DNA of 64,000 nt from Plasmodiophora brassicae. Its lineage: Eukaryota. The notes below the pieces were generated by a model that saw only the letters and a list, made by a program, of their open reading frames with translations, searched no databases and was not told the DNA's origin. Every line of letters starts with the position of its first letter. Position 1 is the stretch's first letter. Location of the stretch: the NCBI GenBank assembly GCA_036867785.1, contig CP145417.1, positions 868,001-932,000 of the forward strand, written 5' to 3'. Position numbers and translations under genes: made by a program. Below are positions 9,797 through 22,737 of the stretch, one piece after another.

Positions 9797-11537
9797 CTAC
9801 ATCATCTCTTCGATAAAGTGCTCGTCCTGGTTCAGGGACGAGAACAAGTCGAGGTTGAACGTGCCGTCGTCCGACACGAGGCGCTTGCACATCTTGTCAA
9901 TGGCGATCGTCGCCATGACGGTCTGGACGTATCCCTCGATCAGGTCGTCGATGCTGATGCCGAGCTTGTTGAAGTCCTTGCGGTCCATCAGGACGAGCCT
10001 GTTCGTGTCCGACCCCCAGTGGCCGTTGTCGAGCTTGATCGACAGGTTCGTACCCAGCATCGGCCAGGAATCGTCGACACAGTCCAGCTCCTCTGTGAGC
10101 GGCTGCTCAGCACGGCGCCCATAGACGGCGATGGGGCGGAACCCGTCGGGCGATGCACCGATCATCATGCGGACGTCGGCGACGTACGTGCAATTCTTGC
10201 GGTTGGGGATCATCCCGACATGGTAGTACGAGCCGTGCTTGCCGATCGACGACCACTTCACGTTGCCGACCAGCTGCTGAACGATGAACTTGTCGTAGTG
10301 GTGGTCTAGGGCCATGAACCGGTCCAGTTCGGCTTTCGACGTGATGGTGAACACGCCCTGCCCCGCATTCGAGTATGGGATCTTGACGACCGCGTGCCAT
10401 CCCATCGACCGGACGTACAGCGGGATCTCAGCCAGGGCGACATCGGTGACCGTGTCAGGCGCATGGATCTGCAGGCCGGAATTGACCATCTCGGCGTTGA
10501 AGAAGTCGTACGCCTTTGCGGCGACCAGCTTGTTCCGCCCGCCGGCCAGACACGCCAGCACCGGATTGAACACGAGCGTCTTCGTGATCACCGGGAACCG
10601 GGTCCAGGGCTTCTGCGTCACGTAGCGGAACGCGGCACGAATCGGGAACCATTCGTCGCTCTGGTCGCGAACGTGCATGACGCCGTCGACCCACTTGACA
10701 GGAGGATCGGGCTGCACCCACCCACACGGTTACGCTATTGATCAACGGTCGCCTGACGACGACCAGCGTACATCGTAGCTGTAGAATTCGACGAGATAGA
10801 CGGGCTCATGGCACAGTTCAGATATGACGGCGGCGTACCCAGACGCCTCCATAGGGTTCTTGTCGTACACAACGGCGAGGCCTTGGACGGAAATCAGATA
10901 CTCGTCAGGTTTCCACAGCTGGACACGCCAGTTGCTTACCTCCAGCGGGCAGGGTCGCCTTTTGGCGTTCGAGCAGCGTCACAAACGATTTGCGAAGAAG
11001 GCGATGGTAACCGGTTTCGGCATTGTCATCGACGCCGTCCAGGGCGGGCATCGATTTTTGACCCGATGGGCACGAGTTAATCTCCACGATAATAATCAAC
11101 GTTGGTATAGGCGACGGGGGCAACAGGCAGGCGTGGTACCTCGATAACGATCATGCGACGTTGCGCGTGCTCATTCGTGACATGGAACAGGTCGGCGCCG
11201 GCCCAGTTGAAGAACGCCGGCTGGTAGTTGAACAATTCCATGATGCGATCCCGCGCGATCCCCGGGTGCAGATGCGAATACCTCATGGCGATGCGCTCAT
11301 TGCCCAGGTTGAGGAACGCCGTCACCATCGGCTACGCACGTACGGTCAATCAGCGGGCGACACGTCCGCATCGCAACGCACATGCAGTGACGCGTTCAGG
11401 ACGCGCGGGTAAAAGTGCTTCTCGGGTTCAAAGTCGTTGCCGGTGACGTGACGCCCGGCATGGCGCACCGTCTTTGACGTCCTCTGCTTTTCGCCCTCAT
11501 CGACGCGGTTCTGGGCCTTCTCGGCGGTGCTGACCAT
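9797..11537 (-). CDS. Conserved uncharacterised protein with an ATP-grasp-like signature (multi-exon)
   Basis: [19 protein letters not shown]...[87 protein letters not shown]. Confidence 0.7.
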
Positions 11538-11765
11538 CGAAACAACGCCCGCCCCGCGCAGCAGCTGTGGACGCGCCGCACACTCCGAAACAGCGTAAAG
11601 CCGCACCGTCCGCGCTGGACGCAGCCCTGCCGCCGCGGCACGTGACTGCCAGCGCGCGCACACGTTATCCCCCGGCCCAGTCAGCGTGGGCTGCATGACG
11701 ATGTAACCCGTCACGAACGTGCCATTCATGTTTTTTGGAGGGGGGTTGGCAGTTAGGGTGAGGTG

Positions 11766-12151
11766 ATGGCGGCTGGTGATCAGGCGTCGGAGAAGGCGAA
11801 ACAGGTGGCGGGCGCCCATGATCGCTAGGCGAGAACTGATGCGGGGGCGCCGCTGACATCGGTGTACTACGTGTGTGTGTGTAGGTCGAGTCGATTGTGG
11901 CATCGCTGGTGGCCATCCTGGGGGAGGACATGCCGAGAGACCCGGCCGTCGTCGCGTCGCGAATCTGCGTCATGGTCGGCCTGCCCGAGGATACGCCCGT
12001 GGACGTGCCGCACCTGCCGACGAAGCCCCTGTCCCGGGCGCTGGTTGACGTCGCCGCCCGCGTCGAGTCAGATGTCACGATGCGACGTGCTATGGAGGAC
12101 GAGCTCGTCGCTGACCTCTGCACGCTGCAAGCTGACCACTCAGGGATATAA
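11766..12151 (+). CDS. Hypothetical small protein, two exons
   Basis: MAAGDQASEKAKQ, putative intron ending at 11884, then VESIVASLVAILGEDMPRDP...QADHSGI*. Confidence 0.35.
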
Positions 12152-12199
12152 GCGTGTTCGTCAACAACTCATTGTTTGGGCAACGAAAAGGCCATCGCT

Positions 12200-13027
12200 T
12201 TAGGCATTGCGTGGGTCTGCCTCGGCGTCGCAGAGCCAGGTCAGGTTGCCGGATGTCGGTCGAACAAGAGCAGCAGGAAGTTGGCAACATTCGCCCTGGA
12301 TAGAACGCATTGCTTCGCGTTTGCTTTTACCGCTCACGATGAACATAACGTGCCTGGACGCGTTCAGCGCTTCCAGCGTCAACGTGATTCGTGCAGGGGG
12401 CGGCTTTGGACTGCTCCAACGAAACAGCCGTCAGCAACAACAGCAACATCCAAGCACAGGCTAACCGTACCTGTCCGAGATAGAGGCCACCCGGCGATCA
12501 CGACAATCCAGCAGGCGGTGCCCGGGGAACAATGACGCTACGTGGCCATCGGGGCCCATACCCAATAGGACGACATCGATCCGGAAATCGTGGCCAAACG
12601 CGGCAACGAGATCGCGTTCGTATGCGACAGCGGCTGCCTCAGGGTTCTCGCCTATTGCGTTCTCGTTGAGGGCGATGACCTGCTCAACAGGGATCGGAAC
12701 GGGCAGGCGCGACAGGAAGTGCTTCTGCAGGAGGCCGAAATTCGATTCCGGATCCGAATGCGGGACGCATCGTTCATCAGCGAACACGACCCACCATTTC
12801 GAGAAATCGATCGTCCCCAGGTGGAGCAGGTGCGGGCAGAGCGTCGCCGGCAGCGACCCTCCCGAGAACGCGACAACGAACCGCCCGCGGCTGGCGATAG
12901 CATCCGCACTCGCTTGACTGACCTGGCGAGCGGCGGCCGCACCGACCTCCTCCAACGTCCGGAAGGCCTGCAACGTCGTCATCGACTGCGCGACACGTTC
13001 GAGAATGCGCTGGGCCCGATTTGACAT
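12200..13027 (-). CDS. PGLS: 6-phosphogluconolactonase
   Basis: FVVAFSGGSLP, FADERCVP..DPESN, DVVLLGMGPDGHVASLFPGH, intron, SPKPPPARITLTL. Confidence 0.95.
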
Positions 13028-13267
13028 CCAGCAGGCCTGTGTTCGCGACCAAAACTCCCGCTCTAGACCAAGCGCTACTCGTAAAAGAATGGTCTCCTAG
13101 AGCAGTGGCGGGTTATCGCAGCACCGATAGACGGCAGGCGTGCATCGCACTGCTGCAGTATTACCGATACGCGACAGGCACCAGCTGCCCACGATGGATC
13201 GGGCGCGCATGTTGCGATGGGAATCGGATGTCGTTTAGTCGTCGACAGCAGCAGCGAAACCGCGCTG

Positions 13268-14225
13268 TCATCCAATGACGAGCTTGTTATCTTCGGTAAA
13301 CGAGTACTCGGGAACCTCCAGGTTCAACGGGGCGGGACCCTTACGGATGCGCCCGGAAATGTCGTAATGGGACCCTGCACACAATTGCATCAGCTGCAAC
13401 GTTATCCTGCCCCATAGGCTCATGCTTAGGAACAACCGTGGCACGGGCAGAACCTATCCAGGACAGCACTCCGTTAAGGAAAACCGAAAACGAAGGTTGA
13501 CGCAGGCAACATCGTACCATGCTTTGTAGTCACCGGCGTCATTGATGGGGACGCAGCCAAGGTGAGTGCAAACACCCAGCACCACGAGCCATTCCGGTTT
13601 CTGCACGCGATCCGCATCCCGCTGCGGGTCTCGCAGCGGCAGGGTATCGTCGGCGCGCGCCTTCTCGACCTCGGCCTGTGTCCGGTGACGAATGAAGACA
13701 GGCTTGCCGCGCCATTTCACTGTCGTCGTCGTTCCCTAGAGCGACCGTTAAACGCGAATATGCTGGGGACAGGCAAATCGCAGAGGGGACCTCTTGAATT
13801 TTCCCCAGATCAACCTCCAACGATGCCAGGGCAAGAACATCGGCACTGGCACTCATAGATGCAATGAACTTGCAAACAGCAACGCGTCCCAGGCTAGCCC
13901 AGGCAAACCTGTTAGGCTATCAGCCTGACGCCTCAGTATCGGAAGGATAGATCGCGACCTGGCGCTGCCAAGCGTCATGTAATTCAGCGTGCGGTTCGTC
14001 TGAGGCGCGCCCGACTCCAATGCCTCTTTCTGCACGATCCGCCCCGTCATTCCAGCATGCATCCACGCCCCCAATTGCGACCCGCCGTACCAGCGACGCG
14101 TCGTAGCCGGAGTCGGACGACCCGTAGTCGGGACGACGCCCGCCAGTCGGCGGCGCCGTCGACGTTGCCATCATGGCGCGCGATGCCGTGCACCGGCGCA
14201 GACCGACCCGAACGGACCGCATCAT
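13268..14225 (-). CDS. UQCRFS1: Cytochrome bc1 Rieske iron-sulfur protein (multi-exon)
   Basis: [78 protein letters not shown]; Arg-rich mitochondrial presequence. Confidence 0.97.
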
Positions 14226-14494
14226 GCCTGCTGCTTGCTGCTGCCTGCCTGCCTGCTGCCGCCCCGTCACCACGCCGACCTTCCAATTCACAACTGACAG
14301 TCAGGGTAAAGCCGTAGCTTCTTCCCCCAACGGCTGCCGGTCCTTTTTCACAACTTTCGCCAAAAAGTCGGCGTCGTGTTTTTCGGCAATGCACTCACGG
14401 CCGGGCCGCTGCCCACTCGACAGCGCGTTCCTCAACCGGGCGCACTGCACCGAGACGGGGCCAGACGACGAAGAGGGGCGCGTGTATGTGCAAA

Positions 14495-15067
14495 TCAATT
14501 TGGGTGGTGCCAGAGGGTGCTGGAGGCGGGCACCCAGCTGCCTGTGTCGGTCTGGAAGCAGTCGTTGTGGAATTTGCCGATCCAGGCCTGGCCGTTCGGG
14601 TCCTTGTAGACGCCGTTGCCGTTCATCTTCCCGTCGAGCCAGTCGCCGTCGTATGACGACCTGTCGGGCCAGACCATCTTGCCGCGGCCCTCGTACCGGT
14701 TGCGCTTGAACTCGCCGGTGTACTTTGCGCCGGTGGCGAACTCGACGGCCCCGGTGCCTTCCATCAGGTCGTGGCACCATCCCCCGTCAAACTGTTCCCC
14801 GTTGTTCACGAACTTGCCCGACCCGTGCCGCTCACGGGTCACAACTTTCGTCGGAGCGGCATCCGGGCCCGGTGGGCCGTCTTTGGTGATCTCGATGAAC
14901 TCGCCAACTGGCAGTCGTGAACGACCCGTCAGGACAGTCGTCGCCCCATGGAGAATCGGTGTCGGCTCACCGTACGAGGCACCGTTCGGGAACGTGAACG
15001 TTCCTTTCTGGATGACGGGTTCAGCAGCGACCTCCGCCTGTAGGTCATCCTTCTTCTTCGGTGGCAT
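14495..15067 (-). CDS. MORN-repeat protein (MORN2-like)
   Basis: GTFTFPNGASYG; RHGSG; FDGGWCHDLMEGTG; YTGEFKRNRYEGRGKMVWPD; YDGDWLDGKMNGNG. Confidence 0.85.
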   Translation of the reverse strand: MPPKKKDDLQAEVAAEPVIQKGTFTFPNGASYGEPTPILHGATTVLTGRSRLPVGEFIEITKDGPPGPDAAPTKVVTRERHGSGKFVNNGEQFDGGWCHDLMEGTGAVEFATGAKYTGEFKRNRYEGRGKMVWPDRSSYDGDWLDGKMNGNGVYKDPNGQAWIGKFHNDCFQTDTGSWVPASSTLWHHPN

Positions 15068-15144
15068 CGTCCTATATACCCACAGGCACTGCTGGGTACC
15101 CTGTGATGATCTTACTGCCTGTATTTGTGATTACATGATCCTGG

Positions 15145-15782
15145 CTAAATCGCCTGTAGCATGGTTGCGCTTGTTGGTGCCTGTCGGGGGAGCGGCATCG
15201 TGGCCTGGCGAAGGGCGTCGGCTTCCAGCGCGATACGCTCTTTAATCAGGACCGCACGCCATCTGGATGCGACTGTGAAGGAGGCGATCACCGCTGCGGA
15301 CGTCACGAACGCGACCAGCGCCATGAACCGGAACTCAGCGTGCACCCTGGTGATCAGAACGTCCGACGACGGATTTCCGTCCGCTTTCGTGATCGCGATG
15401 AACGCGAGAACCTGCAGAACGATCAGGAGAACGAAAGATGTCGCCATCCCAAGATGTCAAACAATCAGTGGCAGCACGACGATGGCCAGCATGATGGTGT
15501 AACGGTATAGTAGCGGGGCCGATTCTCGACGGGCAGCACGAACGCCGTACAACGCGGATAGGACAGCAGCACCCGCCACGAACAAGAGCCCAACCGGCGT
15601 CCCGACGTCGAATGACGAATCCGCAATGCTGTCGCGGAAGGCGACGATGAACAGAAGAAGGCCGGATAACTATTGATGCTGGCCAGGTCAGTCCCCCTGG
15701 CCTGCACGATATGGCAGCCAGCCATACCCACCAGGACGCACGCGTTGGTGGCTTGCAGTATGAGCTTCAAATCAACCGCCAT
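15145..15782 (-). CDS. Hypothetical multi-pass membrane protein (intron-containing)
   Basis: Hydrophobic ORF segments TSFVLLIVLQVLAFIAI and FMALVAFVTSAAVIASFTV. Confidence 0.45.
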
Positions 15783-16362
15783 TTCGCTGTGGGTCGACGT
15801 CAGTCACCCACCGCTGGTCTTTCCACACGGGTGGCTGGCTCCCCACTGCCAGTCACTGGGCCGCTCTCGGGGCTGAGGTCGTCGTCCCGCCCGTTGTGCA
15901 AAATCGGAAGTTCCCACGTCAGCACCAGTGCTCTCCAACGAGTCACTGCAAGGCGCGGATCGAGATCCTTGCTGGCCGGGACGGCCAGAGTACCTTGCCG
16001 ATTCGTAGTCAGGTGAGCGACGAGCTTGGGCGGCTGGCCACAGAGCGTCTTTTTTCGCTTTAGTGAACAGAAATGAACGCTCCAGAAAACTGTTCGGAGA
16101 GCAATCTCCAGCTACGGAGACGCAGGTGATCCATCGAATGATGAATGGGCATGGGCTTAGGGTTGCGTCGACGGGCGCAGCAACGCCCAACTCATCTTGG
16201 CCTGCCCGTGGGAGCCACACTCTTCTGTCAATACCGGATCTAACGTCGCGTCGGGCGCCTATTTATACGTGGCCACCGGGACCCTCGACAAACGCAATGG
16301 GACCGCCATGCGCGTGTCCGACACGAACGATGCTACGAATGGCATCATGTATATTATTGTCG

Positions 16363-18375
16363 TCAGAGGACGTTGACGACTTTCACCTGAGACGTTGTGC
16401 CCGGCTTGCCTTCCATGGTGCCCACGGTCGCGACGACAATGTCGCCTTTCTGGCACATCCCTAGCTTCTTCGCGACGCCGACGACACGGCCAATGAGGGA
16501 GTCGCTGCCAATCATCGACCCCACCAGAAGAGGCAAGAGCCCTCGCGACAGCAACGCTTGTCGGGCGGTCTGCTCGTTCGCCGTGATGCATAGCACGGGA
16601 ACGTGCGGACGGTACTTGGACACCTGACGGGCGGTCGTACCCGATTCAGTGAGGACAACCAGCAGAGACGCTTTGAGGTCGAACGCCGATTTCACTGCCG
16701 ACGACGATATCGACTCGCCGATGGAAATCGTGTCGGGCGCCCACGACCGGATGGCATTGAACGTGGCCAGGTAATCAATGTTGCCTTCGGCTTCCCGAAC
16801 GATCATCGACATCATCTACAAAGAAGGGCGCGATTCAGCCATTACGATAGCGGGACATATCTGCCAGACAAACCTTGACGGCGGCAACCGGGTATTTGCC
16901 TTTGGCAGTCTCGCCAGACAGCATGACACAGTCAGTGCCATCAAAGACGGCATTTGCAACATCACTCGCTTCAGCTCGGGTCGGAGATGGGTTGACAATC
17001 ATGGAGTCGAGCATCTGAGTGGCGGTTACTGTTCAACGACTCGTCAGGATTATATAGTGGCTAACGACGCTGGTTCGTCACGGACCAACGAATTTCCCAG
17101 CAATGTTGCACTTCTTGATCATCATCTTCTGAGCAAGTGCGACCTGCTCAATAGGGATCTCGACCCCCAGATCACCACGGGCAACCATGATCCCATCGCT
17201 CACGGCCAGTATCTCTTCAAAGCTATCCATGCCTACGAGAACCTCAGCCTGCATGTCCCGTATACCTCGATACGCGATCAGTACCCTCCTGGTTTTCAAT
17301 TTTCGAAATGATCTTGATCCCCTTCCCACCTGCATCGTCAAGAATCTTGCGGATCGTGGTGACACAGTCAGCATTTCGGACGAAAGATGCCGCTATAAAG
17401 TCGACTCCTTGGGCAACCCCAAATCTGATATCGTCAATGTCTTTCGCAGTCACAGCTGGAAGGTCTACAACCGCTCCTGGCAGATTAACGCCCTATGACA
17501 GAGTAGCGCCCACGTTAGAGAGCTGGCAACATCAACGTCGACGCCGGGACCTTTGTCGAGCCGAGCGATCCAGGATTAAGGACTTCGCAAACGACAACGG
17601 AGTCTTCCAGTGCAGTCACCCGCATCTCAATAAGGCCATCGTCAATCAAGACACGGCTGCCGACTTTGAGCACTTTCGGGAGATTCGCATACTGCACCCA
17701 CACGCGATCCGAACCGCCTTCGATTTCTTGACCACATTCCAGCCGAAACGTTTGACCTTTGGTCAAGGACACCTCCTTCCCACCGGCGATCTTCCCGGTA
17801 CGTATCTCAGGGCCTGGGGCAACGACCATCAGGAACGTGATCGCAAATCATTTGGGGGGCACGACCGCACACCTTTCGTGTCAAGCATGATGGCACACAA
17901 GCGTTTGCTTTGCGATACGGATTGCCGGACAGTCGTTATCACGGAAGCGTGGTACTCGTGCGTGCCATGGGAAAAGTTGAGCCTGCCAAGGAAGCGATTA
18001 CTGCGACGCTCGATCGAACATACAACATATAGACACTCACCTTGCGCAATTCATGCCTTCCTCAATGAGAGCGGAAATCATATTAACATTGTTCGTCGCC
18101 GGCCCAATCGTGCAAATGATTTTCGTCAACGCGGGAAATGGCTTGTTCGTAAGCAGCTGCGATCTCGATTCGCGCCGCAGATGGAACGGGTCCGAATCGG
18201 CGGTCCCCAGTGGCGACAGCTTCGGCGAGGCCAGCGGCGAGTACGTCGACGCCAGGCTCGGCACCGGCGACATGCGCCCGGACTCCTGCTCGGCCGCATG
18301 GATGTTCAGCGCGGTCGGCTTCCCAACCAAGTCCATCTGTACTGTCGTCCCCAACCGGTTGGAAAATGACACCAA
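16363..18375 (-). CDS. PK: Pyruvate kinase (multi-exon)
   Basis: [10 protein letters not shown]...[67 protein letters not shown]. Confidence 0.97.
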
Positions 18376-18566
18376 CTATAGCTGATAGAGGCCATGCCAC
18401 AGCTGCCCCAAAACCAACACAAAAACGTTGCGTACCTGCCGGGAAACTTTCGTGGGCGCCCCCCGGACCCGCCACGGACCCCGCCACGGAGTCCGACGCA
18501 GCAGCGCGGTTCGGGGACGGGTTCGGCTGGAGAGGAGGGTATCCATCCGGCCTGTGCCGACGACCA

Positions 18567-20494
18567 ATGAAGGTGGTCGCGCTGGTCTCAGGCGGCAAGG
18601 ATTCCGTCTATGCCATGATGGAGTCGGTTAAGCTGGGGCATGACATCGTCTGCCTGGCGAACTTGTATCCGGCCGATGTCGAGGTCCAGGAGCTGGATAG
18701 TCATTGCTTCCAGACCGTCGGGCATGGTGTTGTCAGCGCATTCTCGGAATGCATGGGCGTTCCTATCATTCGCCATCCGATCCGGGGCACGGCAGTCTGC
18801 CAGGATCTTACCTATGTACGCAGCGAGTCGTCGCATGATGAAGTCGAGGACCTGTTCGAGCTTCTGTCGAAGGTCAAGGCATTGCATCCAGAGGTCGATG
18901 CCGTCTGCACCGGTGCAATCCTCTCAGACTACCAGCGTCTCCGTGTCGAAAACGTCTGCACCCGGCTCGGACTCACGTCGCTGGCGTTCCTATGGCGTCG
19001 CGACCAGAAGCAACTCTATGATGCCATGATCGTAAGCTGATTGTTCCTTCCATCACGTGCTTCTTCACGCTCTAAACGGGCACTGTGCAGGCCGAAGGGA
19101 TCGTGGCAGTCCTGATCAAGACCGCCAGTCTTGGATTATCACCCGCGTCGCACATTGGTCTCGACCTTCAGTCCATGAGGGCGCACCTGTTCGCTCTTGC
19201 CGATCAGCACGGCTGCAACCCATGCGGGGAGGGCGGCGAGTACGAAACGCTCGTCATCGATTGCCCTCTGTTCCGTCGGCATATCGTCCTGGACGACTGT
19301 ACGATAGCGGGCGACAACCTGGATGATCCCGTCTGCCCTGTCGGGCACCTGTGCGTACGCCGGTGGCACACCGAACCCAAATCCGAGGACGAGCTCGACG
19401 CGATCAAGTTGTTCACAAAGCCCAACGGCTTCTCGCCTGTCAACGAACCGGTTGGCCAGGTTCCTTCGTCGAGACGGCAGCTGGCGGTCTCGCCGGTATC
19501 CGATCCATTCCCGTTCGCCTCGACCGTTGTCCAGAGCGACACTGCTGTCGGCCTGTTTCAGTCCATGAACGAGGCACTGGAACGGGGGAGCATCCCGATC
19601 GGCGACGTGTATTTCATTTCGCTGGCTCTGCGGGACATGAAGTCGTTCGCGGAACTGAACGAAGCGTACGCGAAGGCGTTCGGTGCCGTCAACCCACCGA
19701 CCCGTTGTTGCGTCGAGATGGCGCTCCCCGATAACGTCTTTGGACGCATGGAGCTGTTGCACGCGCCCGTCAAACGGGACGTCCTGCACGTGCAGAGCGT
19801 CTCGCAATGGGCGCCGTCCTGCATCGGGCCGTACAGCCAGGCATCGCGCGTCGGCGACTTGTTGTTCCTAGCGGGGTCGATTGCGCTTGTTCCCGAGCGG
19901 ATGGTCCTGCATGGCGGCGATCATGCGTCGCAGGCCCGCCTGTGCCTGGATCACTGCCTGTCGGTCCTGCGTACGTTCCGTGCGGGTTTCCACAACGTCC
20001 TACGTTGCACAGTGTACGTTGTGCCCGATCGCGCTGACGCAGTCGAGGCGGTCGATGCCGTCCTGCAAGACAAGTCGTTCCCGCAGGTTCTGTACGTGCC
20101 CGTTCGTGCGCTGCCTCGAGACGCCCGCGTCGAGATCGCCTTGGTCGCGCATATGAACCCGCCAATTACGGCGGTTCCTGTTTCCGGCGCTCAAGTGCAT
20201 CTGGCCGGTCACGAGGATACGGGCGCCAGGTCCCTGTCGATGCTGGCACCGGCGTCGGGCGACCCTCTCGATCTGGACGCCGCGTTTGCGTCCGTATCCG
20301 GCGCGCTCGCTCTGCACGGGATGTCCTGGTCCGATTGTGTCTCACTGCAGATTCACCACTGTCTCGAGGATGAAACCGGCTTGAGGAATGCGGCACCCCA
20401 GGTGACCCTGTGGCCGTCCATCGGTGCGCTGACCGTTGGCGAGCCTGCAGTGAGGGCGCCTCTGGCCATTGCGGCACTCTTCGCCCAGCGATAA
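18567..20494 (+). CDS. DPH6: Diphthine--ammonia ligase with C-terminal RidA/YjgF domains
   Basis: MKVVALVSGGKDS, ELDSHCFQTVG, GAILSDYQRLRVENVC.RLGL, intron ~19033-19090, CGEGGEYETLVIDCPLF, LHVQSVSQWAPSCIGPYSQA. Confidence 0.97.
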
Positions 20495-20553
20495 ACTGTT
20501 CGTCGTCCACACCCGCGCGCAGCGCTCCAGCGTTGCCAAATGCGACTTATGTA

Positions 20554-21011
20554 TCATGATTTCGTGGACGGCGACGGGTCTCTCCTCGGGTCGCCCTGTG
20601 CCGGGAAGAGATCCATTTCCAGTATATGCGCTAGCCCTTTGTCCTTGGTCGCCTCCTGCCCAGACAGACGATTCAGCGCGTTACGCACAGGGCCGCCGAT
20701 ACGGGCGCACTCACCACAACACACTGCTTATATGCTTTAAACCTAGCCGGGCCCGCCGTGAGTACACGACCGCACTATCATGCCCAGGACGGTACGCCTT
20801 ACTCTTCGACGCAAGCGAGCTTCACGGCCCGCCCGGTCAGGAACTGTTCCTGGAACCACGCGTCGAAACACCGCTGGTACTCGGCCTTCAGCTTCGGGCA
20901 CGCCGAGCACTGCGCCGCGTCATCCACGGCGGCCTCCTCGACGTCCACCTCGAAGTCGTCCTTCACGGGCGACCCCGGCCGCCTGCGTTCGTCCGCGCCG
21001 TCGTTCGCCAT
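20554..21011 (-). CDS. TRIAP1: TRIAP1/Mdm35 twin-CX9C intermembrane-space protein, three exons
   Basis: Spliced: CSACPKLKAEYQRCFDAWFQEQFLTG...ACVEE|FKAYKQCVV|EATKDKGL. Confidence 0.85.
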
Positions 21012-21153
21012 CGACGGCCGCAGTGCGCCACGCCCCAAATTTTGGTCCGGACCAGTTTGATCGGTCTGTTTCGCTCAGCAGAGCGCCGCCGCCACCGCTA
21101 CGTCTACAGCAGGTTGCTGGTGCCTGACGACGACCGGGTCGCCCTGGACGATC

Positions 21154-21801
21154 ATGTTGCTGGCGCTCGCGCGGTGCCGCCGTGGCGCCATCAGCCTCGG
21201 GGCGCGCCCCCGCTCCCTGTTCTCTTCGACGCTGTTCGACGAGGACGACCTCGACGAGAAGTTCATCCACGGCGGTGGGAACGGCGGCCAGAAGGTCGGC
21301 GCGGCGTCCCGTGCTCCCACCCCCCATGCTGACTGTCTGTCGTCAAGATCAACAAGACGGCCAGCTGCGTACAGCTCGTCCACAAGGTCTGGCATGTCGT
21401 CACCCCCCGATGTCCGTTGTTGCTGATCGCTCCCGCGACAGCCGACCGGCCTCCTGATCAAGTGCCAGGAGACGCGTTCGCTGCAGCAGAACAGGTCGAT
21501 CGCGCGGAAACGCCTGGCCGCCCAGCTCGACCTGCAGCTGAACGGTGTGTGTCCCCCCATCCATGCCCACACGCCGTATCTGTGTGCGCGCTTACCCGTT
21601 GCCTGATTCGCAGGCGACAGCAGCCGGATCGCCCGCCGCCAGGAGCGCCTGCGCCGACGCAAATCCAAGCACCGATCGCGAAGCCGGGCGAAATACGGGC
21701 GCGAGGACGACGAGCCCGGCGACGGTGCTGCGCCCGACCTGGACGCGCGCGAACCCGACGACGACACCGGGTGCCCTGCGTCGCCGCCGCCGCCTCAATG
21801 A
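21154..21801 (+). CDS. MTRFR: Mitochondrial release/rescue factor, C12orf65/MTRFR-like
   Basis: DLDEKFIHGGGNGGQK|INKTASCVQLVHK|PTGLLIKCQETRSLQQNRSIARKRL; GGQ motif and basic tail. Confidence 0.9.
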
Positions 21802-21847
21802 ACGACGTGACGCGTCGGTCGTCGTCCGCAGACTGCGCGAGCGCATC

Positions 21848-22721
21848 ATGCCGATCGCCGGGCGCGTCGTGTTCGTCGGCGCCGGCCAGATGGCCACGGC
21901 CATGATCGGCGGGTTCGTCGGCGCCGGCCTGCTGGCCCCGGGCCAGATCACGGCGGTCGACCCGCGGTTCCGGGCGGGCGCGGCGGCGTCGGACGACGTC
22001 TGCCCGGGCGTCGCGACGTCGTCGTCGCTGGGCGACAGCGTGCCGGGCGCCGCGATCGTGTTCCTGTGCGTCAAGCCGGACGTCGTGGCCGGGGTCCTCG
22101 GCGACATCGCCGCCCTGCCGACGCCGTGCGACGCGCTGGTCATCTCGATCGCCGCCGGCGTGACGCTGGACGCGATGCAGGCCATCGCGCCCGCCTGCCG
22201 CCTCGTCCGGGTCATGCCCAACACGCCCTGCCTGGTGCGATCCGCCGCGTCCGCGTTCGCGTGCGGGCGCCTGGCCACCCGCCACGACGCCGACCTCGCC
22301 CGCACGCTCATGGTTTGGGGTCGCCCCGCCCGCCCGAAATCGTCTGATTTCGTCGTCGCAGGCGTCGGTCGGGACCGTCGTCGAAGTTCCCGAATCGAAG
22401 CTGGACGCGGTGACGGGCCTCAGCGGGTCGGGGCCGGCGTTCGTGTTCATGATGATTGAGGCGCTGGCCGACGGGGGCGTCGCGTCCGGCCTGACGCGCC
22501 AGGACGCGCAGGCGCTGGCGGCACAGACCGTGCTGGGCGCCGCCCGCATGGTCCTGGAGACGTCGAGGCATCCGGGCGAACTGAAGGACGCCGTGGCGAG
22601 CCCGGCCGGCACGACCATCGCCGGGATCGTGGCCCTCGAGAGCGGCGGGTTCCGCTCCAGCGTCATCGGCGCCGTCGTGGCGGCGTCAACGCGCGCGAAA
22701 CAGCTCGCCTCGCAGAAGTAA
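21848..22721 (+). CDS. proC: Pyrroline-5-carboxylate reductase
   Basis: [37 protein letters not shown], intron, [46 protein letters not shown]. Confidence 0.97.
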
Positions 22722-22737
22722 ATCGGGGCACGCGCGT

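Noticed and set aside
17308-18369. 353-aa plus-strand ORF
   Set aside because: Antisense to the pyruvate kinase exons
18567-20494. DPH6 fused to RidA/YjgF domains as a novel fusion
   Set aside because: This architecture is already known for fungal and plant Dph6
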